Assembly: GCA_030390025.1 (NCBI GenBank)
Contig: CM059431.1
Location: 133,178,001-133,242,000 of the forward strand
DNA from: Squalus acanthias
Lineage: Eukaryota
Direction: 5' to 3'
DNA: 64,000 nt
This document shows, one piece after another, positions 37,012 to 50,340 of the stretch. The position numbers were made by a program, and so were the translations under genes. The stretch's first letter is position 1. Every line of letters begins with the position of its first letter. The notes under the pieces were generated by a model that saw only the letters and a program-made list of their open reading frames with translations, had not been told where the DNA came from and searched no databases.

Positions 37012-39039
37012 TACGAAAGCAAAATACTGCAAATGCTGGAAATCTGAAATAAAAACAGAAAATGCTGGAAATATTAGCAGGTCAGGCAGCATCTGTGGAG
37101 AGAGAAACAGAGATCATAACCTCTGCCCCCATTTTTTCAGATGGCAGCTGTTGATGATTCTGCCATTCCCATTTACACCTCCTCTATACCAATCTTTTGT
37201 TCCTTTACTTGCCCCTATTAACATCTGCTTTTGCCTGGCACCATCATCCCTTTTGTCTTTTAATCTGTGTTGCCCTTCCATCCTATCACAGACCTTCCCT
37301 TTGGTTCTTTCCTCCCCTCCCCCCAGCCCCTGCCTCTGCACTTGTTTCAACCTGTTGTGTCTCTAACTTTTTTCAGATCTGACGAAAAGTCATCGACCTG
37401 AAACATTGGCCGCGATTTTGCCAGCGCTCAGAGGGCGGGTTTGGAGGCGGGTCAGAGGTTAAAGTCGTTTTGATTGACAGTGGGTTCCGCACCCGGTCAT
37501 CCCGCCTCCACACAACCTTCCCAAGTGTCGGGTCCCCGATTTGCAAATGGACCCGACACCTAGCGGCGGGAAACAGATTAAAGGCAATTAACTGCCTATT
37601 AACAGGTACTTGTGAGCAGTTTTCAGGTTTTTTTTTCGATTTTCCAGCTTCTGGGTCGGGTTTTACGACATCCGGACAACACGCCAGGTAAGTGTGGCGT
37701 GTTGAGAGTCTGGTCTGATGTTTGTGAAAAGATGACAGCTGCAGAAGTGGTGTGAAGGATGCCATGTTGCACATGGTGAGTTTCAGAGCAAAGAAAATGT
37801 TGGTTACTGCATTTTTAATACATATACAGATTTCTTTAGCTTACAAGTTTTTAAATCCAACTGTATGTCCAGTGCCACCTCATTGGGAGAACCTCTCTCA
37901 CCAGTGACAGATCGCTTCTGTTATCTCACCTGCAGCTGCCATCTATTCCAGTAACATCGAAGCCAATGAAACAATCAGACCTTGGTCCTCCGAATCCTTC
38001 CACGATCAGCCCCAACACCAACATCACCAACCTTCGCCGCCATCACATGATGCTGCACTGGACACAGGGCATCAGCCCCTGACAAAATTACTGGCCGGGA
38101 GGCCAGCGATGGCATCACCATGGCCAGACTTTCTTCACTTGATGCTGTAAACCCTGGCTGCCACATTATGCGCCAGGTTGACACCATCCCACACCAGCAC
38201 TGTGAAGCATCCCTTTAATGTCCAAGCCATTCCATGCACACTCATCACTATTGCGGGGCGGGGGACAGGGGGGTGGAGTTATGACTGAACAATCACTGGA
38301 ACTCAGGAAGACACTTCTCAAGGTGCGCTCAGATCTGTCCTATAAGGGGCACTTTTTGAAAAAGAGATTTCACTGTATGACAACACATAACCAGAAACTT
38401 CACGTGGACATTGGCTAAACCTCTCAAGTGCCCACCCTTGTGTGTTGTTAGTTAGTATGCTTGCAGTAGGATGAGGGTGAGTGTGAGGGGTGGCTAGTGA
38501 GATGGGCAAGTGATAAAGTAGATAGAGAGGGTTGGGTATAGGTGCAAGGTAAGTTGGTGTCCTGGGGAGGTTTCTTCTGCCCTTGGAAGGGAAGAGAACC
38601 TCCCTGCATGCTGTGACTCCCTCCATAAGCATATGGAGGGAGTCATTGGAGATCCTGGGTGCAAGTTTTCACCGTTGTGCAGTGATTGTCAGTGTTTTCA
38701 GCACCTCAATGCTGTCAAACACTGAAAAATCAACTGTCAAAATAAAATTGTGCATGATCCCTTTAAGGAAACCGGCAGATGACACGTCATCAAATGACAT
38801 CATCAGACCCGCTTCCTGTTAATTGGCCGGTAAGCCCACAGGGCGGGCTTAACAAGGCCAATCAAGGGAAAATCATGTCTGCAGAGCGGAGGCAGCTGGG
38901 GGTGGGACTGGAACCCGGAAACCAGCTGACCCGCCCCCATCCCGACACCGATGAGAAAATCGCGGCCATTAACTCAGTTTCTCTCTCCACAGATGCTGCC
39001 TGACCTGCTGAATATTTCCAGCATTTTCTGTTTTTATTT
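37012..39039 (+). mobile_element. Penelope-like terminal fragment with inverted 5' piece, 16-bp TSD, interrupted by a Harbinger derivative
   Basis: tatgatggtatgcttc at 36996-37011 and 39040-39055. 37016-37112 is an inverted copy of the terminal sequence. 37113-37407 and 38968-39039 match about 29655-30010. Confidence 0.85.
37408..38967 (-). mobile_element. Non-autonomous Harbinger derivative, ATT TSD
   Basis: TIRs GGCCGCGATTTT / AAAATCGCGGCC with att on both flanks. Its left end aligns with the reverse complement of the 27491 end of the full-length element. Confidence 0.9.
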
Positions 39040-39146
39040 TATGATGGTATGCTTCATCTGATGGAGACTCCACACTGTCCGAAGACAAACAGTATAGGTC
39101 AAAGCTAGCATCCAACGTTACACGTGAACCATAGGTGTGAATTCAT

Positions 39147-39928
39147 GGCCTCTATTTTTACAGGGAGGGCGGGAAGGGTGTGCAGGAGTCCGGTACTGGG
39201 CGACAAACCCAGCAAGGTCGGGACGTGGAGGCCCTGACAATATTAATGGCAGGGCCTCATTTAAATAAATCACGGTAGAGTCCCGTCTGACATCCGGCCA
39301 GATTGACTACCTGGCGGGCAAGAGTGGAAATTTGGCCGCTGCTGGGGACCCGTGGGAACGGTCCCCAGCAGTCAGTGGCTGGAGGGGATTCCATCGAATC
39401 ACAATGGGAGGGGGGCTAGTTTTAAAAAATGCAGCAATTAGGGCAGGCTGTTGATGGGGAATCCTCAAAGATCGTGGGGATGCTGGTGCTGGGGATTCCC
39501 CGAAGCTCGGGTGCGGAGGCCAAAGGACTCCTTGATGGGCCTGGGGGAGCATTCCTGGCTCCTCCAGGACAACATGGAGCTCAAAAACAGGCAAAGTTTT
39601 AAAACTTACCTGGGCCTCTTCTGGCCAGTCTGCTCCTCCTGCCGTGTTGCTGCTGCTGGGCATCAGACAACACTGGCCTCTGCCTGCGTGGACCTTAAAT
39701 TTACATCGCAGTGCCGATGACATCATCAGGCTGAGACTTTTCAATGTTAATTAGGCTCCCGCCTGCTTTTAGCGGGAGGCTTGTCCAAGGCCTCAATCGG
39801 CGCTGTTAATATTATCGCGGCCAGGAATGCGGCGGGTTGGAGGCAGAATCTCAATTTTTAGGATTTTCATCCCTCGCCCAACCCTTTTGTGCCCATCAGG
39901 GAGGGTGGTTGGATTTAAAATCAAGACC
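39147..39928. mobile_element. Probable Harbinger-like MITE
   Basis: Degenerate TIRs GGCCTCTATTTT / AAAATCAAGACC, with cat on both flanks; GC-rich interior. Confidence 0.55.
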
Positions 39929-41981
39929 CATGGTTCTGCACTTCCAGCAGGGAGCTGCATTCAACAGAACCAGGGATCTAACACTGTAGCTCCAATTCCC
40001 CAACCTGCACTCTCATTGAGCACAGCTTCTTGCTAGGAGCATTCAATCATCCCTCATACTTATACTGCGTATATACTAAAACCCACATCTAGGGAATGTC
40101 TGTATCAGTTCATCACTGATGTGTAGTATTTATATTGTCATGTTTGAGTACTGAGTTCACTTCAGAGCAAAATATGTGAGAATGAGGATTTGCTTTACTT
40201 TATTTGCTCTACCCAGACAGAGTTTAAACCAGGGACTAAAGAGATGAAAGGGTAACTTTGTACCATTAATAATTCAATTTGTGTCTTAAAAAATCAAATT
40301 GGAAGACATTAGCCTTCTGTGTGATGTAGCCAGAACATTCTTCAATTATTTGCCAAAAAACTGAAAAGCTGTTGAGGAACTGTTTACTGCTATTCATACA
40401 CAAAGCCACAAAAAGCTTTTGTGAGAATGAGCAAAAGGGTATGCTATTCACTTAGAGTGAAGTTGTGGTGCAATCATTTTTTGAACAGCCTCTTCCACAC
40501 TTTGAATTGAGTCCAAAGACTGGAGAAATGTTTTGTCTGCTCCAGTAAGAATATATATATTGAAACACACATGGCCATGCTTTATATACTATCATTATCT
40601 TTCCGTGCAGCAATAAAAGCTACATTTTATACTCCAGTGAGCAGAACACCAAAAGGAATTCTGTTATGACTGCAGTCAAACATGGATATTTACAACATCA
40701 ACACCGGTATCACTTTTTAAAACATTACAAAACATGAACAAATTAGGATCATATTAATTATTTCCCACTTTTTACTTTATATATATTTTTCTTTAAATAG
40801 TGAATGCCGATAGGATTAGATGTACTTTAGACAATGTCGGGTGGTGGTGGTGGTGACAGAAACTGAGCTTCCGGTCTATATTTGATAAGATTTTAGATAA
40901 TCAGGCTAAAGCCAAATTAAAAAGAAAATGAACTGGGCTTTTTCTAAGAAATTCCTTTCTTCTGTGGTTGCATGGTAATTATTTGTCTGACTCACTGCCA
41001 AAGAACTCACTTTGTTCTGTGTGGAGCTGTTACTTGCATTGCCTCCTTGGATAATGGGGCAGATGTAGAATGTAATTTCAAATACATTGTGGGTGGGGGG
41101 GGGCGTTGTTTAAGGCTCATTTGTTCTGAAGGTGTGATCATCACCGGGATTATATTAAAAGCTCTGCTTTTTCATTTAAAGATATACTTTTAAAACCCAG
41201 ACTTTCTTTGGGATTCAAGTCTCCTGCTTTATTCTGTTTTTCCATGTGAGGCATCTCCCATGTAACATTCCCAAACTTACACCCAGAAACTACTGAAAAG
41301 AACTGCAAGAATTTCAGAATTCTGAAATTGTGGTATTAACAGGGAGCTTTGCAGGGAGCCCAATTTAGTAATATATTGTGTCTTTCTACTTCTATGCATT
41401 ATTACTTGTAAATTTAGCCAAATAGTTTCAGCGTGTATATATTGCTCTGTTGCCATATTATTGTCTGCCTTTGGAAGTGACGGAAAGAGAGAAAGAAAGG
41501 GGGAGTGAGAAATGGATGCGGCGATTGGGTGGGGGGGGTGGAAGAGGAAGCGTAGCGGTGGTTTGAATATGGGGTGATGAGGAGCATTCCTGCACCTCCC
41601 GGCTCCACATTCAGGTACGTGTTTTAAAAATCTTACCTCTGCGGTAGCGACCTGCATCAGCCCTTTAAGGACCACTCGTTGGGCTGCATGCAGTCGGTGC
41701 CAGGCCAGCTGCATTTAGGGCAACCTGAACCAGAGTCAGGCCCCTTACTGGTGTATGCCTATACCATTATGGCAGGCACTGACCTCTGGTTCGTAATAAG
41801 GCACTTCCTGCCTGCCACTTGGAAGCTTAAGAGGTTGTGTAGCTGCACGGTCTCTAGTTCAAGCTTTCTACACAAAATGTACTGGTAGCATATTTAATAG
41901 CTTGTATACTGCAAACATTTAGGAGCTAAGTACATTTTAAAGCAAACTATAAGTTATAAAAACAAGATTGGGCAAATGCTA

Positions 41982-42158
<177 letters not shown>

Positions 42159-42373
42159 CTACTAATAATTGGTAATAGGTGCATAAGATTTTCACATTGT
42201 GCTTTCATTTCTTGGACTTGGGGTTGAATATACACAGGATAATGGAATAAAAGGGTATTCTCTCTGCTTGCTAGAGCTCCAGCACAAAACTGCTGATTCA
42301 GTATTAAGTCTCAGTGAAAGGTTACAAGAATGAATGGTGTGGGAAATGGGAAAACAGGTAAGTCAGTCGACTC

Positions 42374-42461
42374 GGTCATCAACCTGAAATGTTATCTCTG
42401 TTTCTCTCTCCGCAGATGCTGTCTGACCTGCTGAGTGTTTCCAGCATTTTCTGTTTTTATT
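42374..42461 (+). mobile_element. Short Penelope-like terminal fragment (3' half of hammerhead plus tail)
   Basis: ggtcatcaacctgaaatgttatctctgtttctctctccgcagatgctg..ccagcattttctgtttttatt matches about 29925-30010; lacks the CTGANGA box. Confidence 0.7.
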
Positions 42462-44329
42462 ACAGTAGTCAGTACTCTTGAGAATTAAGGCACCACATTA
42501 CACTAGCACAGAAGAAACTTTACCCTTAGCCATGACTTACCAATTTTAGATGAATGTCAAAAGTTTTGTTTCATGTTTAGCCTCTTATTGTACCTTCAAA
42601 TGTAAAACTGCTGTGTGTTGTTTTATACTAACAGTAACTGATAAGAATACATAGTCTGGTCAATATGTAAATTGAAATGGATACTTAAAAAATTGTATGT
42701 AATTTTCTTCATGTAAAATTTCTAAACAGTCCCTGATTTAATTTTAAACAAAGAAAGATATTTTAAACAAGCACAAATTAGGACGGCAATTACACTAACA
42801 GAACCTGCATAATAAATTCATCTATTTTTATGAACAACGTGCTTGGTAAATAAAACACTGATGTCTATATGGATGTTGAATTGCTGGAAAAATGACCATT
42901 CCAACATGCTGCAGTACTTATAACAAACCTGTTATACAGCTTGCTCAGAGTTGTCTTTGTCAAGAACTTAATCATGGGCCATAATAGAATATAAATATAT
43001 ATGTAGAAACTCCATTTTAAAAGCGCCATAACCTTTGTATACTTAAATGAAATGAACTAATGTTCAGGCAATAAACAAGACAGGTCATAAACATGGGCAT
43101 TTTAATTTCCATTGTGGGATTTGTTAGCTTATTGTAAAGTAATTACCTTGTATTACACTCCAATACAATACAATACAAAAAATCCTTAACCATCTTATCA
43201 AGAGCAGCTTCAGTGTACGTGGCACTGACATTGGAGTGATGCATGTTTTATAGTCCAGTAATACCAGATAAGTATGTCAGGCTATTTGGATTAGATAAGG
43301 GTAGTTAAAGATAAAAACAAAGTTACTGTCTCTAAGACACACATTGAGGTTATATTTAGGACTACTACAATAATTACAAGAAATCTGTTGACTATTTATG
43401 CCTTGCCAATACAAATAAATTGGACAATTAACTCATATTACTGCTACTTTCTGTGTGGCTTTAAGTCATTCAAAACTCTGATGTCAGTTCTGCAGATAAG
43501 CAAAGGTTTAAGGGGCATAAGTTCATTTGTTGATTAACTTTAGAGCAAAAGCTATGAGTAAGGAGTAGTGTTCCTTGTTTGATATTTGTGTTTGTGTTTT
43601 CTTTAAATTAGTAAATGGAGGAAAACATTTCTCCAGGATCTGCGCATAAATGCAGCAGGAGAGTTTCCTTCCCGGCCTGATCGGTGCCGACCCAGCTGAC
43701 CTGTCAAAGTTTTCAGGCTCAGCCTTAGGTAGATATTTGGGGGGAGGGTTCCAGTGGGATTCTCATCTGCACTTGGGAGCTCATCACTGAGGAGGCAGGC
43801 TGCTGGTGCAGGAGACAGCCACCTGTATAAAGGACCAGGCAGCCTCACATTAATTACAAAGTTTGCAGACTTCAATGAATTGGGAAATTCTGCTGATGTT
43901 AAACTGCCAATCCACTGATACTGACGTATGGCATTTACCATATTCCTTTGGTCCTATGATCACTAGTACGTCTCCTAGTATGCTGGACGCCTCTAGAATG
44001 CTGGCATTGCCGAGGAAGTAATTACATCACCCTGTCGTTATTCTTACATTTAATATCACCCGCCTGTATTTACATCTGGTGGAAGTGATGCTGGGGGGCA
44101 GAAATGGACAAGGATCCAGCATAACAGGTCCCCACCTAATGTTGTATCCCTGACTGTTCCGGCAGGAAAAATGTAGAAAGTCCTGCCTAACGACTGGTAT
44201 ATGCATGATTTAAAATATGTGTCTAAAACAGCTATACAGAGAACAATTATGTTCTCAGAAAGATGGTAGTTGATTACCCCTTAAACCTGAGCCTAGAAAG
44301 GCTAAGGGAGTCAACGTTGAACCTTATCA

Positions 44330-44735
44330 ACTCGCCCTGTCACCTTTATGGATGTGTGTATATGGACCCCAAGGTCACTTTACTTAGTTACACTTTTCAA
44401 AATTGTATCATTTGTGGTCTACTGTCTTTCCATATTAGTTCTCCCAAAGTGCATCACTTCACACTTCCCCACATTGAATTCCATCTGCCATGCTTCTGCC
44501 CATTTCACCATCCTGTCTATGTCATGCTGAAGTCTACAAGTATCCTCATCAATATCTACCACATTGCCAAGTTTCATATCATCTGCAAACTTTATAATGC
44601 TGCTCCCTACACCCGAGTCTAGGTTGTTTATAAAAATTGAAGAGTAATGGACCCAAAACTGACCCTTGGGGAACAGCACTGCAAACCACCTCCCAGTCTG
44701 AAAAACATCCATCCACCACCGCCTTCTGCTTCCCC
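44330..44735 (-). mobile_element. CR1 RT fragment
   Basis: VPQGSVLGPLLF and KFADDMKLG..WQMEFNVGKCEVMHFGR across frameshifts. Confidence 0.8.
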
Positions 44736-44744
44736 AACAAAATG

Positions 44745-46887
44745 GCCAACTTTATGTCACAAGCGCAAACTTCAACCCTAGCGCTGAATTCAGTGCTGGG
44801 TCCTAAGCACACCAGGTTAACCCTATTTTAAAATAACATTCCATTTCTACAAAATCTCATCCAAAAATGAAATCCATACAGTTGGGTCCACGGTGAATGT
44901 AGTTTTTGTACGCTGTTAATGTGTACATTGCAGCTGCACACAAGTTCCGTAGTCTGATGTTAGGAGCCAGGTTACCCTGGCGTGCAAGCAGGCTGACAGT
45001 GGCGATGTCTGGACCTCTTAAAGGGACACATACATCGTTCAGGTAAGTTTGGATTTAAAGTTTTGGACTGGGTTTTATTGATTTTATTGAAGTGGTGGCT
45101 TACTGCAATAGACGTGTGAAGTTTTTTAAGTGTGTAGGGAGTGCTGCTGGTCGCTAGAAAGGGCTCGGATGGTAAATGAAGGCCTTTGTGAAGACAGAAT
45201 ACTCAGCAGGTCATGCAACATCCATAGAGAGAAAAACGGAATTTACGTCTCAGGTTGAGATGCTGCCTGACCAGCTGAGTATTTCCAGAATTTTATGCTG
45301 TAATTTCACATTTACATCATCTGCTTGCATAAGAAAGAGGAAGACACAGAAGAGGAGGAATCAGATGGAAGGATGCATCCCAGACAGCCCCTTTGTGGCC
45401 GGGATGGAATCATCCGCCTGCAGTACCAGTGACCACAACCCCAATTACCCTTTCATCATTAGTCCCACACCTTACCTTCCATCTGTTACTGACCATCACA
45501 ATGTCCTCTTGGCCACGATGCTGAAATAAAAGCCATCACAAAACAAACTTTCCAATCCACCTATATACTTCTATCCATCCAATGTGACATCAAGAAATCA
45601 ACTCATCACCCATATGCATTCTCTTAGTGAGTGTCTTGTGTGTGCCTTTGCTTATCCTACTGATGTCACGCAGTGTTACCCCAGTGGCTGCAGCATGGCT
45701 GGTGGAAGGCTGCTGACTTTCAGTGGGGGACACTGCAAATGTCCTTGCTGGTTGACCTTGAGGAGCTGCTGGCTGAGAGTGTCATATCAATCTTCTTCTT
45801 GTTCTTCTTCAGTCTCCTCTCCCTCTTCTTGGTCACCCACTGGCTGCATTTCTTGGGTGTGTGAAATGAGGAAGGCACAAGGGTGGAGTTATGGTGATGG
45901 GAGGGCAGGAAAGCATGAGGTGCATGCCAGAAGGAGGATAACGTAAGAGGATACCAGCATCTTATATCCTTTCAGCCCTGCCGCTGGTCAAGGGCTCAGC
46001 CATGCCCCTGCCAAGAATGGCCAGCACTGTCTCCTCCAAGGGGGGGGGGGGGTGAGGTGAGGCTACGAATGGGAGATGTACCTCGTGATTGGTGCAGATT
46101 ATTGATACGTGAGTGATTGGGGGTGGGGGCCGTGCATTGAGCAGTGTGTAAGGCTAGTGATGCAGCTGGTAGGAGATGGTTTTTGAAGATGCATTCACTG
46201 ATCCTGGCCAGTGGTCTGAGGTCATGAAGCTTCTTTGGGCACTGGAGCCTGGTGGTGGGGATGACACTGCTGGCAGTGACGGCCTCGGTGATGTGGTCCC
46301 ACATCGTTCTTTCTGGAGGGCTTCCTGGCCCCTGTGGGTAGAGGACCTGTCTTGTAGTGTTGACGCCCTGCACAAAGCTGGAGTGCTGCGTGTGAGACCC
46401 TGGGTGCCCCTTCCCTGGCTTGCTGAACCATTTGTGTTAGTGCTGAGGCAGTTTTCCCATTTTTTGAGGTTAGGAAGGGAATTCAGCTTTAGGAGCTGAA
46501 TATTCACATTTGGGACTTCTTTTTAATGTAAAATAATTTTTACAAAAGCTGCAAGGGCTGAAAACTGCATTGTTTCACTTCATTTTAATTTGTATCGCTT
46601 CACTGTGCATGGCCCCTTTAATTCTCAGATCTCTTCATTGCCCACAATTCCGCGCGAGCTCCACAGCCTCGCTTCCAGAGGCTGTGGGAAGCTGCAACGC
46701 CGGACCTGGACAAGAACTTCGCATTCGCCACCAGGATGGCGTTGTGCAGCAGGTAAGCCCTGCGCCAACAATCTCCATCCCCCCAGATGAATTTTGCTCC
46801 GTTAGCGTTGTGGTCATTTTCAGTGGCCGTTAACCCCAGTTGCCGACGACACCGGTAACTTTACTGGCTAAAACGTATTTCTCCCCC
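44745..46887. mobile_element. Heavily decayed, internally deleted Harbinger remnant
   Basis: Myb-like exon on the minus strand at about 46195-46400 (WDHITEAVTASSVIPTTRLQCPKKLHDL, then gtgaat). The intergenic segment 45470-45740 resembles 53280-53560. Right end ATTTCTCCCCC; left boundary uncertain. Confidence 0.6.
45198..45323. mobile_element. Inverted pair of Penelope-like terminal fragments
   Basis: aatactcagcaggtcatgcaacatc ... gatgctgcctgaccagctgagtatt form an inverted repeat of the same tail sequence seen at about 29965-29990. Confidence 0.6.
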
Positions 46888-46904
46888 ATAGACTTTTAAG
46901 CAAA

Positions 46905-48575
46905 ATGATGGGATAGCTGAGACCCGTTGCCTGCAATTTCCTGAAAATAGCTGGAGCGCATGTGGTGGTCACCCTGTAGCTACAGAGAGTTCAGGAGGAT
47001 AGTAAGTGGGTGGCTGTCCAGCAGGATAGCAAGACGCAGGTAGTGCAGGAATCCGCCGGGAGTGTGGCACCATGAAACCAGGTTTCAGTGCTGAATACTG
47101 GTGAGGGTGACAATACCTTGCGGGGAGTGCAGTCTAGAGCACATCCACAGCACTGTGGAGCAAATGACTGCACGAGGGGCACAGAAAAGTGTAGAAATGC
47201 AGTGGTGATAGGGGATTTGATAGTCGGGGGATAGACAGGTGTTTCTGCAACCGCCAACGTGAGTCCCGCATGGTGTGTTGCCTCCCTGGTGCCAGGGTAA
47301 GGGACATCACTGAGAGGGTGCAGAACATTTTTGTGGGGAGTGGCGGGGGATGGGGGTGATGGCGGAGGGGAACAGCCAAGTTATGGGAACCAATGACATC
47401 GGAAGGAAAAGGGTTGAGGTCCTGCAGTCAGAGTTTCAGGAGCTAGGTAGGAAATTAAAGAGCAGGACCTCAAAGGTCTCTGGATTACTCCCAGTGCCAC
47501 ACGCTAGTGAGTATAGGAATAGCAGGATAAAACAGGTTACCGCGTGGCTGGAGAAATGGTGCAGGAGGACTTCAGATAGCTACGGCATTGGGACCATTTT
47601 TGGGGCTGGAAGGACCTGTTCAAGATGGAGGGGTTGCACCTCAACATAGCTGGGACCAATGTCCTCACGGGGAGATTAACTAGTGCTGTGGGGGAGGATT
47701 TAAACTAATTTGGCAGGGGGGTGGGCACCAGGATGAAACATTAGAGAGGAGAAACAAGGTGCACAGAGGACTGGGAGAGAGAAATAGCACTGGAGTGAAG
47801 AATAGTTCAGAAATAGGAGGGATCAAACAGGCGGCAAATGCAACACAGTCTAAGATGGGTTTGGAGTGCATGTGTGTAAATATACGTAGCATGGTAAATA
47901 AGGTTGATGAGCTGGAGGCACAAGTCGCCACATGGGACTATGATATAGTGGCAATAGAGACCTGGCTCAAAGAAGGGGAGGATTGGAAACGTCATATTCC
48001 TGGCTACAAGGTATTCAGGAAAGATAGGGAGGAAAATAGAGGGGGTGGCAGTATTAATCAAAGAAACTATTATAGCACTGGAGAGGGATGATTTAGTTGA
48101 GGGGTCAAAGACAAAATCTATTTGGTTAGAATTAAGGAATAAAGGAGTTATTACCCTACTGGGTGTATACTATAGGCCACCAAATAGTGGGAAGGAGATT
48201 GAGGAGCAAATTTCCAGGCAAATTAACATAAAGATGCAAGAACTATAGAGCAGTGATAATGGCAATCTTCAATTATCCTAATATAGACTGGGATAGTAAC
48301 AGTCTAAAGGGCAAAGAGGGGGAGGAATTCCTGAAACGTGTACAAGAGAACTTTGTTGATCAGTGTGTTTCCAAGAAGGAATCAGTGCTGTATCTAGTTC
48401 TGGGGAATGAAGTGGGGCAAGTGGAGCATGTTTTAGTAGGGGAGTATTTGGGAAACAGTGATCACAATATCAGGTTTAGAATAGTTATAGAAAAGGACAA
48501 GGAAAAATCAAATGTGAAAATACTTAACTGGAGGAAAGCTAATTTCAGTGAGTTGAAAAGGGATCTGGCCCAGGT
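46905..48575 (+). mobile_element. Old CR1 5' portion (decayed ORF1 esterase and endonuclease)
   Basis: GTNDIGRKRVEVLQSEFQELGRKLKSRTSKV, VNIRSMVNKVDEL..IETWL, GVYYRPPNS and SDHN in broken frames. Confidence 0.8.
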
Positions 48576-48984
48576 TGTTTACGCTGGTTTAAAAAACATC
48601 AGGCTGGTCCTGTCGACAAAATTGACCACATCCTCAGATCTAATTAATTAGCATGATGAGTTTCCGCTAATTGCACTCATTTGTGGCCCTTCGAAGATAC
48701 TCTTATAGTTAAGCTGCTTTTTTTTGGGTGCAAGGGCACTAATAGACACCTTATAAAAGTTTTTAAATATTAAAAAATGTTTAATTTACTAAGAAACTGA
48801 CTACTGTACACCAACAAAACGAGTAAAAATAGTTCTATATAGCTTTTTAAAAGTCATTTTCAGTTCTTTAAAATCAGGTTACTCACAGGTGCTGAACTAG
48901 ACTCTATTATTAAAAATGCTTATTTTTTGTGATAAATGTATTTCCAGCTGTATTAATAAAACTGCACCAGGTTACTTCTCTTAA

Positions 48985-50140
48985 GGTGCCACACAAGAGG
49001 TTATTAAACAAAATTAGGGCTCATGGGATTGGGGGTAATATACTAGCATGGATTTAGGATTGGTTAACGGACAGAAAACAGAGAGTAGGAATAAACGCGT
49101 CATTTTCGGGTTGGCAGGCTGTAACTAGTGGGGTACCGCAAGGATCATTGCTTGGGCCTCAGATATTCACAATCTATAGCAATGATTTCCATGAGGGGAC
49201 CAAATGTAATATATCCAAGTTTGCTGATGATACAAAGCTAGGTGGGAATGTAAGTTATGAGGAGGATGCAAAGAGGCTTCAAGGGGATATAGACAAGCTA
49301 AGTGAGTGGGCAAGAACATGGCAAATGGAATATAATGTGGAGAAATATGAAGTTATCCACTTTGGTAGGAAATTAGAAAAGCAGAGTATTTTTTAAATGG
49401 TGAGAGATTGGGAAATGTTGGTGTTCAGAGGGACCTGGGTGTCCTTGTACATGAATCACTGAAAGTTAACATGCAGGTACAGCAAGCAATTAGGAAAGCA
49501 AATGGTATGTTGGCCTTTATTACAAGAGAATTTGAGTATACGAGTAAAGACGCCTTACTGCAATTATACAGAGCCCTGGTGAGACCACACCTGGAGTATT
49601 GGGTACAGTTTTGGTCTCCTTACCTAAGGAAGGATATACTTGCCATAGAGGGAGTGCAATGAAGGTTCACCAGACCGGTTCCTGGGATAGGGGGATTGTT
49701 CTATGAGGAGAGACTGAGTAGACTAGGCCGATATTCGCTAGAGTTTAGAAGAATGAGAGGTGATCTCATTGAAACATACAAAATTCTTACCGGGCTTGAC
49801 AGGGTAGATGCAGGGAGGATGTGTCCCCTGGCTGGGGAGTCTGGAACCAGGGGTCACAGTCTCAGAATAAGGGGTCGGCCATTTAGGACTGAGATGAGAA
49901 GAAATTTCTTCACTCAGAGGGTGGTGAATCTTTGATATTCTCTACCCCAGAGGGCTGTGGAGGCTCAGTTGTTGAGTATATTCAAGACAGAGATCGATTT
50001 TTGGATATTAAGGGAATCAAGGGATTTGGGGATAGTTCAGGAAAGTGGAGTTGAGATAGAAGATCAGCCACAATCTTACTGAATGGTGGAGCAGGCTCGA
50101 TGGGCTGAATGGCCTATTCCTGCTCCTGTTTCTTATGTTC
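48985..50140 (+). mobile_element. CR1 RT and 3' end (different subfamily, similar to 58066-59330)
   Basis: KFADDTKLGG, LVRPHLEYWVQFWSP, RRMRGDLIETYK; ends in a tcttatgttctta tail. Confidence 0.85.
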
Positions 50141-50340
50141 TTAAATATCAAGGAATATTTTTAAATGAAAGGAAAAACAAACAATTACATTCTAAACGCT
50201 GCCTGATTGCCCTGGTTCATGTTACGTTTGTGATTAAGCAAATGAGTTTGAGCGGAAACTTGAACCATAACTTCACTTCGGAAAACTAGCGCAATTTGTG
50301 CCCGGTTTGCCGATTGCACCCAAAGCAGAAACTTTACCCC

